From Dehalococcoidia bacterium (GTDB lineage: Bacteria; Chloroflexota; Dehalococcoidia; Bin125): a stretch of 54,355 nucleotides of DNA. Below, piece by piece: positions 28,328 to 37,303 of the stretch; position 1 is the stretch's first letter; each line of letters begins with the position of its first letter. Where the stretch lies: contig DAOUHS010000042.1 in NCBI GenBank assembly GCA_034428415.1, positions 1-54,355 on the forward strand. The letters run 5' to 3'. The position numbers were made by a program, and so were the translations under genes. Below the pieces are notes generated by a model that saw nothing but the letters and a program-made list of their open reading frames with translations, did no database searches and was not told where the DNA came from.

Positions 28328-29695
28328 ATGACCACGCCGACCCAAGAAGCACTGCGTAAGCAATCGCTGGATCACCTCTGGATCCCAACTCAGTCGCACG
28401 CCGACCTGGCAGCCGACGACGGACTGCTCGTGATCCAAAAGGGCGAAGGCATCTTCCTGCATGATGACCAGGGACGTGAGTACATGGACGCGATGTCCGG
28501 TCTGTGGCTGAACGCGGTCGGACACGGCCGCACCGAGCTCGCCGATATCGCGCATGAGCAGATGTCGACGCTCGCCTATCAGAACACCTTCGCCTACGCT
28601 TCGGAGCCGGCGGTCGGCTTGGCGGCCAAGCTCTTTGAGCTGACACCTTCGAAGATTCGCAAGGCGGTCTTCGTCAATGGCGGATCGGAAGCGGTGGAGA
28701 CGGCGCTGAAAATCGCCAAGCACTATCACCACATCCGGGGCAAAGGCAGCAAATTCAAGACCATCTCGCGGATCGGCTCCTACCACGGGCAGACCGCCGG
28801 CGCCCTCTCCGTGAACGCGGCCGCCTATTCGATGCGCGCGCCGTATGAACCACTGGTGCCGGGTGCGATTCACGTGCCCAACGTCAACTGCGACCGCTGC
28901 CCCTACGAGAAGACGTTCCCCGAGTGCGACGTGTTCTGCGCACGTACGATCGAGGACGTGATCACGGCAGCGGGCCCGGACACGATCGCGGCGATGATCG
29001 CCGAGCCGATCTCGACGGCCAACGGAAGCTGGGTGCCGGACAAGAAGTACTGGCAGACGCTGCGCGAGCTCTGCGACAAGCACGACATCGTGCTGATTGC
29101 GGATGAGGTGATCAACGGTTTCGGCCGGACGGGGAAATGGTTCGGCATGGACCACTTTGGTGTCCAGCCAGACATCATGACGACGGCGAAGCAGATCTCG
29201 TCTGGCTACTCGCCGATCGCGGCTACGCTGGTCAGCGACGAGATCGCGAGTACCTTCGAGGAAGCCGGCAAGGACGGCACGATCGGCGGGATCACCTGGG
29301 GCGCGAATCCGGTCTCCTGCGCGGTGGCGCTCGGCAACCTGAACATCATCGAGCGAGAGGGGCTGGTCGAGAACGCAGCCCGGGTCGGCGAGCACGTGCG
29401 CTCGCGACTCGTCCAGTTGCGCGAGGAGCACCGCACGATTCACCAGACCCGCGGCATTGGGATGATGCACGTGGTCGAGTTGAAGAAGGATCCGCTCAGC
29501 GGCGAGGACTTCGAGGAATCAGACAACGTACAGGCGAGGATGACGCAGTACCTGCGAGACGAAGGCGTCCTGGCGCGAGCCGGCACCTCGGTTCCGTTCG
29601 CCCCGCCGTTGACCACGAATCTGGAAGAGGCGGACGAGCTGGTCAACCGTATTTCGCGCTCGATCGGTCGCCTGGAATCGGAACTGGGGCTCTAG
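28328..29695 (+). CDS. Class III (omega) aminotransferase, PLP-dependent
   Basis: Motifs MSGLWLNAVGHGR, FVNGGSEAVE, LIADEVINGFGRTGKWF and TTAKQISSGY (PLP lysine). The start was chosen after AGGA. The alternative ATG is at 28313. Confidence 0.88.
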   Translation: MTTPTQEALRKQSLDHLWIPTQSHADLAADDGLLVIQKGEGIFLHDDQGREYMDAMSGLWLNAVGHGRTELADIAHEQMSTLAYQNTFAYASEPAVGLAAKLFELTPSKIRKAVFVNGGSEAVETALKIAKHYHHIRGKGSKFKTISRIGSYHGQTAGALSVNAAAYSMRAPYEPLVPGAIHVPNVNCDRCPYEKTFPECDVFCARTIEDVITAAGPDTIAAMIAEPISTANGSWVPDKKYWQTLRELCDKHDIVLIADEVINGFGRTGKWFGMDHFGVQPDIMTTAKQISSGYSPIAATLVSDEIASTFEEAGKDGTIGGITWGANPVSCAVALGNLNIIEREGLVENAARVGEHVRSRLVQLREEHRTIHQTRGIGMMHVVELKKDPLSGEDFEESDNVQARMTQYLRDEGVLARAGTSVPFAPPLTTNLEEADELVNRISRSIGRLESELGL

Positions 29696-29796
29696 TTTCG
29701 TAGTGACACGACACGTCGCCTGAGCGAATAGGCCACTTCTCCAGGAGAGGCGGAGATCGTCCAGGTGACGCGATCGCCTTTCCTTGTTGAGAAGCG

Positions 29797-30132
29797 TTAG
29801 AACGTATTCAGCGCGGCTGGGCGATCGTCGTGGATCGGAATGATCTCCGAAAAACCTGAGAACTTGAACACTTCCTGGATGTGGTCCTGCACGGCGCAGA
29901 GCGCCAGCTGGCCGTCGGACTGACTTGTTCGCTTGGCGGCCATCAACAGGACCCTGAGACCGGCTGAGGAGATGTAGTTGATCCCCTCGAAGTTCATCAG
30001 AATCTGGCTATCGCCCGCATCGATCCGGCCGAGCAGCGCTTCCTCGAACGCCTTGGCGTTCGTGCCGTCGATCCGGCCGAGCGGGTTCAGCACCAACACA
30101 CTGTCGTCATACTCTGGGTACAGGTCAACCAT
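29797..30132 (-). CDS. STAS-domain anti-sigma-factor antagonist (SpoIIAA/RsbV-like)
   Basis: INYISSAGLRVLL carries the phosphorylatable Ser context. GAGGAGG lies 9 nt upstream of the ATG at 30132, and the longer ORF from 30171 lacks an RBS. Confidence 0.85.
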   Translation of the reverse strand: MVDLYPEYDDSVLVLNPLGRIDGTNAKAFEEALLGRIDAGDSQILMNFEGINYISSAGLRVLLMAAKRTSQSDGQLALCAVQDHIQEVFKFSGFSEIIPIHDDRPAALNTF

Positions 30133-30171
30133 CGGTCGTGTCCTCCTCGGGGCTGCTGGCGCCAGCATCAC

Positions 30172-32220
30172 CTAGTCAGGTTGATCCGCAGACGACGCCC
30201 GTGACTGTCTCAGCGTGGTGACGTTGCGGTCGTCAATTCGTTCGTAGCTTACTGCATCAAAGCTGGACGCGATGAGCTGCAAGCCCAGCCCACCGATTGG
30301 CCTTTCGAGCAGATCTAGCTCGGTGTCCTGCTCTGTCGCTTGCAGGGGATTGAACTCCGGACCATTGTCTTCGTAGCGGACGACGATGGTCTCACCTTCC
30401 CGGCGGATCGCCACCGCGATGTCCGCCGCGTCCTCTCGACCGGGGAATCCATGCTCGATCGTGTTGGTGAACAGTTCATCGAGAGCCAGGTTCATCCGAT
30501 ACAACTCGTTCGGATCAACGCCTTCGGTCTCTGCGAATCGCTCGACGAAGGCCGCCAGCCGAGGCAGCGAGGTTTCCAACATGGGCTGGACCACCATCCG
30601 CCGCCAGCCCGACGCGAGATGCGGCTCGCCGCGGCCAGGGATGTGTGAGTCGGCGGCAGCGCCGCCGTGGAACTGGAGGGCCATGCAGGTGATGTCGTCG
30701 AACTGCTTGGCGTCGGCGGAGAACGCGCGAAGATCGGTGAGGACCGAGTCCATCAGACCTTGTGGAGTCTCGCCGTTGAGACTGGCGAGCTTCTCTTCGA
30801 GCCGCTTCCGGCCGAATTGTTGGCCGCTGACGTCCTCCGCCTCGGTGATGCCGTCGGTGTAGAGAAACATCGACGCGCCCAGATCAAGCGGGATCGTGGT
30901 CTCGGTGTAGGACAGTTCGGGCAGCACGCCGAGGGCGATCCCGCCGGTCATGGGGATCATCTCCGGCTTCTCGTCGGGGCGGATCAGGTAGGGCGGATCG
31001 TGACCGGCATTGACGTAGGTCAGCGTCCCCAGTTCGAGGTCGATCACCCCGAAGAAGGCTGTGATGAAGAGCTCTTTCGGGTTCATCGAGCAGAGCTGGT
31101 CGTTGGTCTCGGCGACGGCCAAGCTGGGGTCCGGGTGCAGATTGGCGGCGCTTCTCAGCAGCGCACGTCCCACGGCCATCATCAGGGCCGAGGCCACGCC
31201 CTTGCCAGAGACATCGGCGATCGCGAAGGCCAAGTGTCCGTGGTCGGTGATGAAGGCGTCGTAGAAATCACCGCCGACATCGAGCGCCGGGGTCATGAAC
31301 GCGGCGACAGCGGCACGCGGATCCTCGGGCAGGTCTGAGGGCACCAGCGCAGCCTGAACCGAATGCGCCATCTGCAGATCGTTGCGGATCTCGCGTTGCG
31401 CGTCCTCAAGCGCTTGGTTCTTCTCCGAGAGTTCGACCGTTCGCTCTTCCACCAACGCGTTCAATCGGATTTCGCGGGCTCCGACCTCACGAGCCATGTC
31501 GAGGAACACTCCGGCCAATTCGCCGTACTCATCTCGGGTGAGCGAGGTATTGCGGAGTGATGCGGCGACGGACGGCTCAGGCTGGTGTCCGTCTTCGACG
31601 GCTCTGGCTGCTCGGACCATCAGCCCGATCGGACGGGCGAGCCGCTTGGCCAGGAACGAGCTCAATAGGACGAGTGCCGCGAGCAGCGCGATTAGGCCAA
31701 TCAGGTACTCGGTTCGGTAGAGATCGAAGTGATTGCCGATGCGATTGCTCGTGAACTCGATCCTGACCGCGCCGAGTGAGGTGCCATCTTCGGCGCGTAT
31801 AGCAGCCGTTCCGGCAAAGCGGCCGGCGGTCAGGGCCTCGACAACCGTTGCTTCCCCTTCTTGCATGGCTTGGCGTGCGCTTGTGACCTCGGTACGAGCG
31901 ATTGGTCTCGAACCTTGAGAGGATGCTGCGAGCCGAGCCTGGACATTGAAGACCCAGATGTTGTCGAGGTCGACGGACTCGCCGTCGTCCGCGTCCGAGG
32001 AAGTTGCGTTCAACCGGATCAGGTCATCGACTTCCTTATCGCTCAGCGACTGCAGGTCGGCTTCAAGCAAAGACCGGGCGGTTGCTTCGGCGAAGATTTC
32101 CGCCGACTTTCGACCGGTGTCATCTTCGGAATCGAGCGCCAACAGTAACAAGACCACCGCCGAGGCGACCACCCCGGCGAGAGTCAGGACGGAGATCATT
32201 CCAACAATTCGCCCTGCCAT
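30172..32220 (-). CDS. Membrane sensor: HAMP - PP2C (SpoIIE) phosphatase - RsbW-like HATPase kinase fusion
   Basis: Two TM helices flank a ~150-aa outer domain. HAMP follows (LAKRLARPIGLM), then PP2C motifs GGDFYDAF and ADVSGKGVASALMMA...YTDGITEA. The C-terminal region ALDELFTNTIEHGF...GGLGLQLI resembles an anti-sigma kinase. Confidence 0.8.
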   Translation of the reverse strand: MAGRIVGMISVLTLAGVVASAVVLLLLALDSEDDTGRKSAEIFAEATARSLLEADLQSLSDKEVDDLIRLNATSSDADDGESVDLDNIWVFNVQARLAASSQGSRPIARTEVTSARQAMQEGEATVVEALTAGRFAGTAAIRAEDGTSLGAVRIEFTSNRIGNHFDLYRTEYLIGLIALLAALVLLSSFLAKRLARPIGLMVRAARAVEDGHQPEPSVAASLRNTSLTRDEYGELAGVFLDMAREVGAREIRLNALVEERTVELSEKNQALEDAQREIRNDLQMAHSVQAALVPSDLPEDPRAAVAAFMTPALDVGGDFYDAFITDHGHLAFAIADVSGKGVASALMMAVGRALLRSAANLHPDPSLAVAETNDQLCSMNPKELFITAFFGVIDLELGTLTYVNAGHDPPYLIRPDEKPEMIPMTGGIALGVLPELSYTETTIPLDLGASMFLYTDGITEAEDVSGQQFGRKRLEEKLASLNGETPQGLMDSVLTDLRAFSADAKQFDDITCMALQFHGGAAADSHIPGRGEPHLASGWRRMVVQPMLETSLPRLAAFVERFAETEGVDPNELYRMNLALDELFTNTIEHGFPGREDAADIAVAIRREGETIVVRYEDNGPEFNPLQATEQDTELDLLERPIGGLGLQLIASSFDAVSYERIDDRNVTTLRQSRASSADQPD

Positions 32221-32281
32221 GTCTAGAGATTAACGATCTTCGGCGTGAGGTGCGAACCGACGGGAGGCCCTGATTATGGGC

Positions 32282-33100
32282 TCAGAGATTGATCAAGCTC
32301 GCCGCTGAGCAGGCGCCATAGGCGCCACGTTCGTCGCCCAAGACGGCCTGAGCCGTCGCCAGACCATCTGCCGCCGCACGCGAGACGATGCGCAGATAAT
32401 GCCAGTCGGCGATCGGCGCGCGGTGCAGATGCATGGTGATGTCGGCGTTCACGTAGCCGCTGCGGCCGGGTTGCATGTTGGCGAACGGCGAGACGAAGTC
32501 GGCGATACTCGCCGCCCGCACAGCGGGCGTCAACGGCGACTCAGCAAGTACCGGCGCGTCGGTCCGAATCCATACCAGTGCGGGATCGGACTCGCCCGGC
32601 GGAACCACATGACGCATTTCCAGCGTCCCGGGATACGAAACCCAGATGTTCCCGGCGCGATCGATCTTGGCCGGCGCCGCGCCTCCCGGCGGCGGAGGCG
32701 GCCGGTCCGCGTAGTTGGCGCCAATGGACCCGAGGCTGACCTCCCCTCTCAGACATAGGGTCATGGCCTGGGTGAGCAGCAATCCCTCGCAGCTCACCCG
32801 AGTCTGAAAGACGGCGACCCTGCGGCCTTCACGTATCGACTGGACAGCGACATCCAACCGGCCGAAGGGGACGGGGCGGAAGAGATCGATCGTTTGTCTG
32901 GCGATTCTCAGTTCGCCGACTAGGCCTGGTGCTTGCTGGGCCGAGTCTTTGAGTTTCTGCTCAACGCAATGAGCGATCAGTGCGGCAACGGGGCTGCCGT
33001 GCAGCGCATCACGCGACCAGGGGCCGCGAGCTCGATCGGTCGGTTCGTAGCGTTCGCCGTCGAACGTAAACAGTGCGCCGCCGGGCGCGCGAGCATTCAC
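32282..33100 (-). CDS. Acyl-CoA thioesterase-like (double hotdog, 4HBT_3-type) protein
   Basis: GPWSRDALHGSPVAALIAH in the N-terminal half, 272 aa in length, with a second hotdog-like half. Confidence 0.55.
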   Translation of the reverse strand: MNARAPGGALFTFDGERYEPTDRARGPWSRDALHGSPVAALIAHCVEQKLKDSAQQAPGLVGELRIARQTIDLFRPVPFGRLDVAVQSIREGRRVAVFQTRVSCEGLLLTQAMTLCLRGEVSLGSIGANYADRPPPPPGGAAPAKIDRAGNIWVSYPGTLEMRHVVPPGESDPALVWIRTDAPVLAESPLTPAVRAASIADFVSPFANMQPGRSGYVNADITMHLHRAPIADWHYLRIVSRAAADGLATAQAVLGDERGAYGACSAASLINL

Positions 33101-33151
33101 GGCGTTCTGCCTATTGGAATGGTTGGACAGTTGCTTGCCCGACGATCGTCA

Positions 33152-33472
33152 CTACTGGATCGGCGAGCGAGGCGTTGCTTCCAATCGCTGGACGGAAATG
33201 CTGTCGCGGTTCATCATCTCCGCAACGTGAGGTGCGATCTGATCTTTCCAGTAGTCGGAGCCATATACGTCTTCATAGAGTCGCTCGCGCTCTTCCTCCG
33301 AATGGAAACGGCGAATCCAGATGTACGTGTTGTCGTCCTCTTCCGACGTGAACGAACCGAGGATCGTCATGCCTTTGGATACCTGGAACGGGATGATCTG
33401 TTCTTCCATCAAGCGGACGAAATCTTCCCGGCGTCCTTCGTTGATGGTGTACTGACGAAGCTCAAACAGCAT
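33152..33472 (-). CDS. NIPSNAP-family protein
   Basis: MLFELRQYTINEGRREDF..., 106 aa, with a dimeric alpha-beta barrel pattern. Confidence 0.8.
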   Translation of the reverse strand: MLFELRQYTINEGRREDFVRLMEEQIIPFQVSKGMTILGSFTSEEDDNTYIWIRRFHSEEERERLYEDVYGSDYWKDQIAPHVAEMMNRDSISVQRLEATPRSPIQ

Positions 33473-33563
33473 GGCCTACCTACCCTTCGGAACCTGTAAA
33501 CGCTCCGCCCGCCGCACGAGCAGCGAGAACGTCAGCGTCAGTGACTGAGCGTATGCTATCGCG

Positions 33564-34097
33564 CTACTGGCTGCCCAGGGGGCGTGAGCCGAAGGTCGTG
33601 GTCGAGGTGACCACCGGTGGGGAATCAGTCGCGGAGGTTGGTAGACGCTCACCCGGCGTGGCAGGCGAAGGGACGTCACCCCTGGAGGCCAGCGACCACC
33701 GGTTGCGGCCATTGTTCTCGATCTCGCCCATTTCCTTCATCCGCTGCAAGGTCGACTGCAGCGTCGGCATCGGCTTGGCAGACTGCGGGGCCGCGTCGTT
33801 CTTCTCGAGGAAAGCGAGAATCTCGGTCGCGTGCACCGGATCGGACTGCTGTCCGAGGAATTCTCGAACCTTGCCGGTAATCAATCCCCGCGGACGCCTC
33901 GTGCGCTTGGGGGCGCTCGTCGATCGCCGCGCCGCGCGCCGCCGCGACGGTTTGCTGGCCTCCGCAGCGGCTGCCGCGCCGGACGATTCGTTGCTTAGCA
34001 GCTCTCCGATCAGACGCCGCTTATCTTCCAGACGGTCAATCTGTGACTGAATTCCCACGAGTTCGGATCGTAGTTGATCAGCAAATGTGTCAGCCAT
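33564..34097 (-). CDS. Hypothetical protein (N-terminal coiled coil, basic linker, wHTH-like C-terminal half)
   Basis: Coding-like composition. Contains LRSELVGIQSQIDRLEDKRRLI, an Arg-rich linker, and ATEILAFLEKN...STLQRMKEMGEIENNGRNRWSL. Confidence 0.55.
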   Translation of the reverse strand: MADTFADQLRSELVGIQSQIDRLEDKRRLIGELLSNESSGAAAAAEASKPSRRRAARRSTSAPKRTRRPRGLITGKVREFLGQQSDPVHATEILAFLEKNDAAPQSAKPMPTLQSTLQRMKEMGEIENNGRNRWSLASRGDVPSPATPGERLPTSATDSPPVVTSTTTFGSRPLGSQ

Positions 34098-34215
34098 GCC
34101 TGTTGTTCCTTTCGCACCGGGACATTGCCAAACCTAGGCTTCGGATGTGCCTTGATGACGCCCCGAGGCGCACTCCAATGGTGACCTTAGTATAAGCAGC
34201 CGGGAAACGCATCCG

Positions 34216-35175
34216 TCAATGATCAAAGGATCCGAGCGCGAGCATATGATCGATACGGCGGATCAGTCGATCCTCAATCAACGAGTGTTCCGCCAAGAGA
34301 ATGCGCGACCGTTTGATTCCGGCGCACCTGGCGGCATCTTCGATCAACGATGCTCGAGGCAGCGGCGCATCTGACGCTCTCAATAGTGACAAGATCATTC
34401 CACGCAGTTCACGTTGAGAACCGATGAAGGCGCTTTGGGTCTTGGCTGCCGACGCGCGCCGGCCTTCGGCGAACATTGCTTGTGCAACACAAAGTGTTGC
34501 TACGGGACACAGGTCACACTTGGGTTTCGGAGAACAAATCGATGCCCCGAAATCCATCAACGCCGGATTCCAGCGAGTTGCTTGTTTATCTGGTAGCAGC
34601 CGTTCGGTCGCCCAACGGATGTGAGCGTTGGGTGTATCGTTTGCGGGTTGCAAATGGCCAAACAACACGCGTCCCAAGACGCGAACGATGTTGGTGTCGA
34701 CCGCCGCTGCGTCGATTCCGTATCCAAAGTTGAGCACGATCGCCGCCGTGAACGGACCGATGCCCGGAAGCGATTCAAGCAACTTCCGGTCGCTTGGGAT
34801 CTGTCCGTCGTATCGTTCACAAACGATTTTCGCGGTGCGATGGAGGTATACGGCCCGGCGCGGATACCCGGCCCGGCCCCAGACTCGAATCGCGTCGGCG
34901 TCTGAGCGTGCGGCGAGGTCTTGGATGGAGGGAAAGGCGGTCATCCAGCGGTCATAGATCTCCAGGACCCGAGGCATCTGGGTCTGCTGAGCGGCGACCG
35001 CCGCCACCAGCGCTGCATACGGATCGCGAGCGTTCCGCCAGGGGAACGGCTGCTCGTGCTCGTCGTACCAGGCGAGCAGGCGCTTACGGATCGCGCCTAA
35101 CCGCTGAGGAGAGAGCGGACGAGGGAGTTCGGGCTCAATTGGTGTCGCCGGCATCGAAATCAGGTTAGGCCGCAC
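34216..35175 (-). CDS. MutY-like HhH-GPD / 4Fe-4S DNA glycosylase (short, actinobacterial-type architecture)
   Basis: Motifs FPWR..DPY, QQTQ, the HhH LPGIGPFTAAIVL, the Asp motif VDTNIVRVL and the cluster CSPKPKCDLCPVATLC. The alternative ATG start is at 35154. Confidence 0.8.
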   Translation of the reverse strand: MRPNLISMPATPIEPELPRPLSPQRLGAIRKRLLAWYDEHEQPFPWRNARDPYAALVAAVAAQQTQMPRVLEIYDRWMTAFPSIQDLAARSDADAIRVWGRAGYPRRAVYLHRTAKIVCERYDGQIPSDRKLLESLPGIGPFTAAIVLNFGYGIDAAAVDTNIVRVLGRVLFGHLQPANDTPNAHIRWATERLLPDKQATRWNPALMDFGASICSPKPKCDLCPVATLCVAQAMFAEGRRASAAKTQSAFIGSQRELRGMILSLLRASDAPLPRASLIEDAARCAGIKRSRILLAEHSLIEDRLIRRIDHMLALGSFDH

Positions 35176-35453
35176 ATATCGTCGTAGCAGTCACGCCCGA
35201 TCGGCGTGACGTAGACGCGGTAGGCCGAGTCGTCAATCTGGGTCAGATCAACCAGGCCGTGTTCCGCGAGCTTAGCCAGGACGCCAGGGTGATACCCCTG
35301 GTGCTGCAAGGCCGGTCGAAACACCAGCCCGTCCTCGCCAACGGCATCCTCCACCACGATCGCTGTCGGATCCGGCGGGTCTTGCAGGGCCATGAGATCG
35401 GCCAGCATGGCGCAGTGGAATTCGTTTAGGCGGACATGTCGGAACTGGATCAC
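35160..35453 (-). CDS. Hypothetical 97-aa protein, third gene of the MNT-HEPN operon (wHTH-like C-terminus)
   Basis: The GTG start overlaps the HEPN stop (GTGA). The C-terminal GVLAKLAEHGLVDL....YRVYVTPIGRD resembles a winged helix. Confidence 0.6.
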   Translation of the reverse strand: MIQFRHVRLNEFHCAMLADLMALQDPPDPTAIVVEDAVGEDGLVFRPALQHQGYHPGVLAKLAEHGLVDLTQIDDSAYRVYVTPIGRDCYDDMCGLT

Positions 35454-35860
35454 GGTTCGAGCAGATTGAGCTTGGTCGAGACGAACTCGACAACATCCTG
35501 CGCGATCTCCAGCGCCCGACGGGAATCGACTTCATCGTAGACGTCATGCGGGACGCCGCCCGGGAGCCCGGTCGGATAGCGGGTCGGATGGTGATACTTG
35601 TCCAGCAGCATCGCCACGGATTTGATCACATCAAACGACGAGTCCAGCTGCATCGCGTCCTCACACAAATCCGCCAGCGCGTGCCCCCAGAGATGGTCCG
35701 CCCCGCGAGCAAACAGGTAGCCCGAAACCGCCTTCTCCCCCGCCTGCTGACAAAGAAAACAGGCCAGCGCATGAAACCCACCCGAGACCGCATGCTCTGC
35801 CGCCACCAGGTCATGCCCGGCCTGAGCCATCCAACGATCCGCCTCCGACCGCCCGCTCAC
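35450..35860 (-). CDS. HEPN domain protein (putative toxin of the MNT/HEPN pair)
   Basis: AQAGHDLVAAEHAV, CQQAGEKAVSGYL and LDKYHHPTRYP are typical of the HEPN family. The GTG start overlaps the MNT stop (GTGA). Confidence 0.8.
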   Translation of the reverse strand: MSGRSEADRWMAQAGHDLVAAEHAVSGGFHALACFLCQQAGEKAVSGYLFARGADHLWGHALADLCEDAMQLDSSFDVIKSVAMLLDKYHHPTRYPTGLPGGVPHDVYDEVDSRRALEIAQDVVEFVSTKLNLLEP

Positions 35861-36195
35861 ACGATCACCTCATCACTCAGCTTGGTCGCCTCAACGATCA
35901 CCCGGTCCGTCTCGCACAGCGCTGCGAACTCGTCCGGTGTATAGACAATGAACGACGTTCCGACCTGCGGTCGCAGATGTGTCTGGAAGAAGTCGGAGCG
36001 GTGATGGAAGGGGTGTTCGGTCTTGTGGACAATCAGCAGTTCGAGTTCGGAATCGGGTCCGACCTGGTTGCGCGCGAGATCGCCGGCCAGCCAGAAGCGC
36101 TCGGCGCCAAGTTGGCGCATGGATCCGGCGATGCGCAGGAACTCCGCTTCAAGTTGCTGACGGCGATGCGTGGCGAAGCCGAAGACCATCGGCAT
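35857..36195 (-). CDS. Minimal nucleotidyltransferase (MNT; putative antitoxin of the MNT/HEPN pair)
   Basis: The NTase core is AGDLARNQVGPDSELELLIV (G-x-n-[DE]x[DE]). 112 aa, immediately upstream of HEPN. Confidence 0.75.
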   Translation of the reverse strand: MPMVFGFATHRRQQLEAEFLRIAGSMRQLGAERFWLAGDLARNQVGPDSELELLIVHKTEHPFHHRSDFFQTHLRPQVGTSFIVYTPDEFAALCETDRVIVEATKLSDEVIV

Positions 36196-36224
36196 CGGCT
36201 TCGCCCGATCTGTTGAATCCGGAC

Positions 36225-37247
36225 TTAAGTCGTCGACAGAGTCGGCGCCCGCAGCTCGTCCATGATCTGCTGCTCGCTCAGAGCCTCCGCATCCTTCTTG
36301 AAGATCTGGACACGGTGACTGCCAAAGTCGCAGATGTACAGCCGACCCTCGTGATAGCGAACACCCTGCGGGAAGCGCAGCAGCTTCTGCTCCTCAAGCG
36401 ACGTCATCTCACGCAGACGCAGCGTCTTCTGGTTCGCCCGAATGTATTCGCGACCCATCCGGCCCAGCGTCGCCGCGCCATGGAACGACTCAACGTAGCG
36501 GCCGCGATGGTCGTACATCACCACACGGTGCTTGTTGCGCTCAGCGACGTACAGGTCGCCATGTTCGTCAACCGCAATGCCGCAAGGTCGCTGAACCTCA
36601 TACCCCGGACGAGTACCAAAGTCCATGATGTGCTCACCAGACGACGTCAGCTTCTGCACCCGGTCGTTGCGCCAGTCCGAGACATACACATCGCCCGCTG
36701 AGTCAAACGTGATCCCCCACGGCATGTTGAACTTTCCCGGGCCATTGCCGTGCTCGCCAAAGCCGCCGATGTACTCGCCCTCCGAGGAGAACTGCTGCAC
36801 GCGGTGGTTCAGCGTGTCCACAACCCAGACATTGCCGTCAGCGTCAAACGCAAATCCCGACGGACGGTCAAGCTGGCCCGGTTCCGAGCCATGCTCGCCC
36901 CACTGGTTCAGCTTCTCGCCCTCGGGCGAGTACGTCGTAATGTTGTGGTTGCCCTCATCGAGCACATGCAGGTTGCCCTCGTCGGTGCGCAGAATCCCGA
37001 CCGGCCACAGGTGCCCCGTGTCGGCCATCGTGCCCATGTCGCCATGAGTCAGGTCATCACCGAGCTCGTCGTCATACTTCAGCGAGACCATCCGAATGTT
37101 CCCGCCGACCCCAAGCTCGGTCCGCCCAATCACATAAATCCGGTCATCGCCGACCGCAACATCAACCGGGAACGTCGTCACCCGGCGCATGCCAAGAACC
37201 CGCTCATACGGATAGCCGCAGCGCAGCATCGCGTGTGGAAAAGCCAT
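36225..37247 (-). CDS. NHL-repeat beta-propeller protein
   Basis: Six repeats of the form G.G.G.F..P.GIA.D..G..YV.D..NHRVQ. Confidence 0.85.
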   Translation of the reverse strand: MAFPHAMLRCGYPYERVLGMRRVTTFPVDVAVGDDRIYVIGRTELGVGGNIRMVSLKYDDELGDDLTHGDMGTMADTGHLWPVGILRTDEGNLHVLDEGNHNITTYSPEGEKLNQWGEHGSEPGQLDRPSGFAFDADGNVWVVDTLNHRVQQFSSEGEYIGGFGEHGNGPGKFNMPWGITFDSAGDVYVSDWRNDRVQKLTSSGEHIMDFGTRPGYEVQRPCGIAVDEHGDLYVAERNKHRVVMYDHRGRYVESFHGAATLGRMGREYIRANQKTLRLREMTSLEEQKLLRFPQGVRYHEGRLYICDFGSHRVQIFKKDAEALSEQQIMDELRAPTLSTT

Positions 37248-37262
37248 GTCAATCCCTTTCCG

Positions 37263-37303
37263 ATCCCCTCTCCCTCTGGGATAGGGCTAGGGTGAGGGTC
37301 CCC
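37263..37303 (+). repeat. REP-like stem-loop repeat (family copy 1)
   Basis: atcccctctccctctgggatagggctagggtgagggtcccc lies in the intercistronic spacer between the DUF1501 stop and the NHL start. Confidence 0.8.

Noticed and set aside
28256-29470. 404-aa minus-strand ORF
   Set aside because: It is antisense to the class III aminotransferase, which has clear PLP-enzyme motifs. It is Arg-rich with no motifs of its own.
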